Positions 61,837 to 64,000 of a stretch of 64,000 bases of DNA are shown here, one piece after another. A program made the translations under genes and the position numbers. The stretch is from Octopus bimaculoides. Its lineage: Eukaryota. Below the pieces are notes generated by a model. It saw only the letters and a program-made list of their open reading frames with translations, searched no databases and was not told where the DNA came from. Within the stretch, counting starts at the first letter, position 1; every line of letters begins with the position of its first letter. The stretch spans positions 16,869,714 through 16,933,713 of the forward strand of contig NC_068981.1 of the NCBI RefSeq assembly GCF_001194135.2. Reading direction: 5' to 3'.

Positions 61837-62250
61837 CTCTTACTCTTTTTACTCTTTTACTTCTTGTTTCAGTCATTTGACTGCGGCCATGCTGGAGCAC
61901 CGCCTTTTTAGTTGTGAAAATCGACCCCACGATTTATTCTTTGTAAGCCTAGTACTTATTCTATCGTTCACTTTTGCCGAACCGCTAAGTTACGTGGACG
62001 TAAACACACCACCATCGGTTGTCAAGTGATGCTGGGGGGACAAACACAGACACACAAACATATACACACACATACATACATATATATATATATGACGGGC
62101 TTCTTTCAGTTTCCGTCTACCAAATCCACTCACAAAGCTTTGGTCGCCCGAGGCTATAGTAGTAGACACTTTCCTAAGGTGCCACGCAGTAGGAATTAAC
62201 CCGAACCATGTGGCTGGTAAGCAAGCTACTTACCACACAGCCACTCCTGT
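61837..62250 (-). mobile_element. SINE family A, full length
   Basis: Close reverse complement of 42279-42690, including the (TACTCTTT)n tail and CCACACAGCCACTCC head. Confidence 0.92.
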
Positions 62251-63124
62251 TTACTTCTTTTACTGCAACAGCATCTATTTATGCCTATCAAAATTATGAA
62301 CTGCATATTCTCACCTCACAACATCGGAACAATTATATACTCAGATAATCGGCTGGAAACAATGTCAATCTCCTTTAAATCACACCCTGTCATTTTACAA
62401 TTGGTAAAGTAGTCCATTATACGCCTAAATAAGACAGAACGGTTCCCGCTGAAATGTTTTGAGTCATAAATGTCTTTTTGATCAGGGCTGATATAAGACC
62501 CTTAAGAAAAAACACTAGCAGACCGGTGCCATCATCTCTCCTCTTCTTGTTATCACTATTCTGCTTTACCCCATTACTCCTCCTCGCAGTTCAATAAATA
62601 CTCACCCAGCCTCTTTTTATTTTTTCTAAGAAATTCACCGCCCTTCAATAGAATTGTACTACCCTTCTATTATAATGTGTAGTGCTGTTGGTGAATGTAG
62701 TAATGCATATAAGCCTAGCAATCAGCTACATCAAACCGTTAATTTACGTCTAGATATCTCATTTGCTGTTCGTCCTAATAATGTAATACTATGAAACCTT
62801 AAATCTTTTCTTTAATTTACGTCTATATATGCCATTTGCTCAATGTCTCCCCCAGCAATTACATACCTGAAAATATTAGTTTATCCTTTAATTTACGTCT
62901 AGTCATTTCATTTGCTTTCTATTCCAACAGTTAGATAACTTAGAACGTTAACTCTGTCCATTTAGTTACATCTACATACAGACTAATTGTGAAGTTCCCT
63001 TTACATTGAAATAATATATAATTTTTTAAAATAAAATTTTGTAACAATTTTGTTTTTATCAATTTTTAATATTCTTATTTACTACTTTGATATGAATATA
63101 TTTTTCCGTGCTTATTTACATATT

Positions 63125-63285
63125 TTAGAAAAGTATTTTCATTTCATGTTCTAAAACATTATTCCAAAATTTCCGACGAAGAGCTCCTCCCGAAACGTCA
63201 AATTCTCTTTCTTTCCTTTCCTGTATCACGTCCTCGCGTTGTTGTTTTTTGTTGTGTTTTTCTGGCCGTTTTTCTTTTTTGAACT

Positions 63286-63328
<43 letters not shown>

Positions 63329-63370
63329 ACTGTCAATCCCAGTAGCCACCTTGGAAAATATCTTATATCT
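63125..63370. mobile_element. Penelope-like element terminal-repeat fragment around (TA)n
   Basis: Inferred from the embedded minimal hammerhead-like motif and the (TA)n context; no ORF recovered. Confidence 0.4.
63168..63204 (+). ncRNA. Minimal type-I hammerhead-ribozyme-like motif (degenerate)
   Basis: AATTT-CCGACGA-A-GAGCTCCTCCC-GAAA-CGTC-AAATT: 5-bp stem I (63168-72/63200-04), core boxes with U4C, palindromic ACGT at stem III, predicted cleavage after C63199; stem II has two mismatches. Confidence 0.5.
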
Positions 63371-63802
63371 TCATTCTATACTTTAATTTCATTCGAAATA
63401 TCTCTCTTAGCAACCTTTATTAAATTATTCACTTTAAGACGTCGTCGTCGGTGGAGATTGGTTTCTTCTCTGCCTTCTTTCCCGTTACATTTGTAATATT
63501 CTGTAATGGGACTAAGTGTAGATACCTCACAATAGCATTCCGTGTATTCAATAAACGAAAAGAGCGGTACCTCGTTTATAACATAGTGAGTTGTGAATCT
63601 TCGATTAACTGAGATGTTCCGTATAATTAGTTGAAAATCAAAAACGCTGCAAAACTCTGAAATTTTTCACATTTCAAACATCAAACAAGGGAGATAATTT
63701 CAATGACGTCAAATTAACCGAAGTTTTTGGAAAACTCTAGCAAAGCAGATAGGAATGGATCTTCGCTATCCCGTAATACTATAACATCATTAAAAATGTT
63801 GT

Positions 63803-63803
63803 T

Positions 63804-63894
<91 letters not shown>
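63803..63894. repeat. (GTA)n microsatellite (a similar array lies at ~60205-60288)
   Basis: Directly visible. Confidence 0.95.
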
Positions 63895-63895
<1 letters not shown>

Positions 63896-64000
63896 TTTAA
63901 GAGAAGGAATCTGTAGGGAAATATTAAAAGTCGAGAATTAATATTAAAACAAAAGCAGCAATAACGATAATGTAGGAATAATCGTAGTGTTCAATGATTT

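Overview
AT-rich eukaryotic draft-scaffold sequence with 14 N-gaps (~4.0 kb), each next to a microsatellite on at least one side. The repeat content most resembles an octopus or other cephalopod genome; this is inferred from recalled repeat families, not from a database search. I find no supportable host protein-coding gene, rRNA, intact tRNA or CRISPR array. Nearly all ORFs in the six-frame track are microsatellite or N-run artefacts. The window is a dense graveyard of mobile elements. (i) There are about 35 copies or fragments of three tRNA-derived SINE families, called A, B and C here. (ii) There are five decayed R4/Dong-clade (restriction-like endonuclease) non-LTR retrotransposon copies, all on the minus strand. 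One sits in a (TAA)n array, one is bounded by (ACAT)n, and one is split at the RT QGD/LSP motif by a three-level nested insertion. (iii) The DNA transposon remnants are mariner and maT/Tc1 fragments, a Tigger-like MITE and a 1.2-kb long-TIR element. (iv) There are Penelope/retrozyme-like pieces carrying degenerate hammerhead-ribozyme motifs. (v) There is a near-perfect 299-bp palindrome. The most interesting leads are the putative (ACAT)n-targeted R4-clade LINE, a 337-bp tandem unit with a hammerhead motif (retrozyme-like), and SINE target-site preferences visible in their target-site duplications (TSDs).
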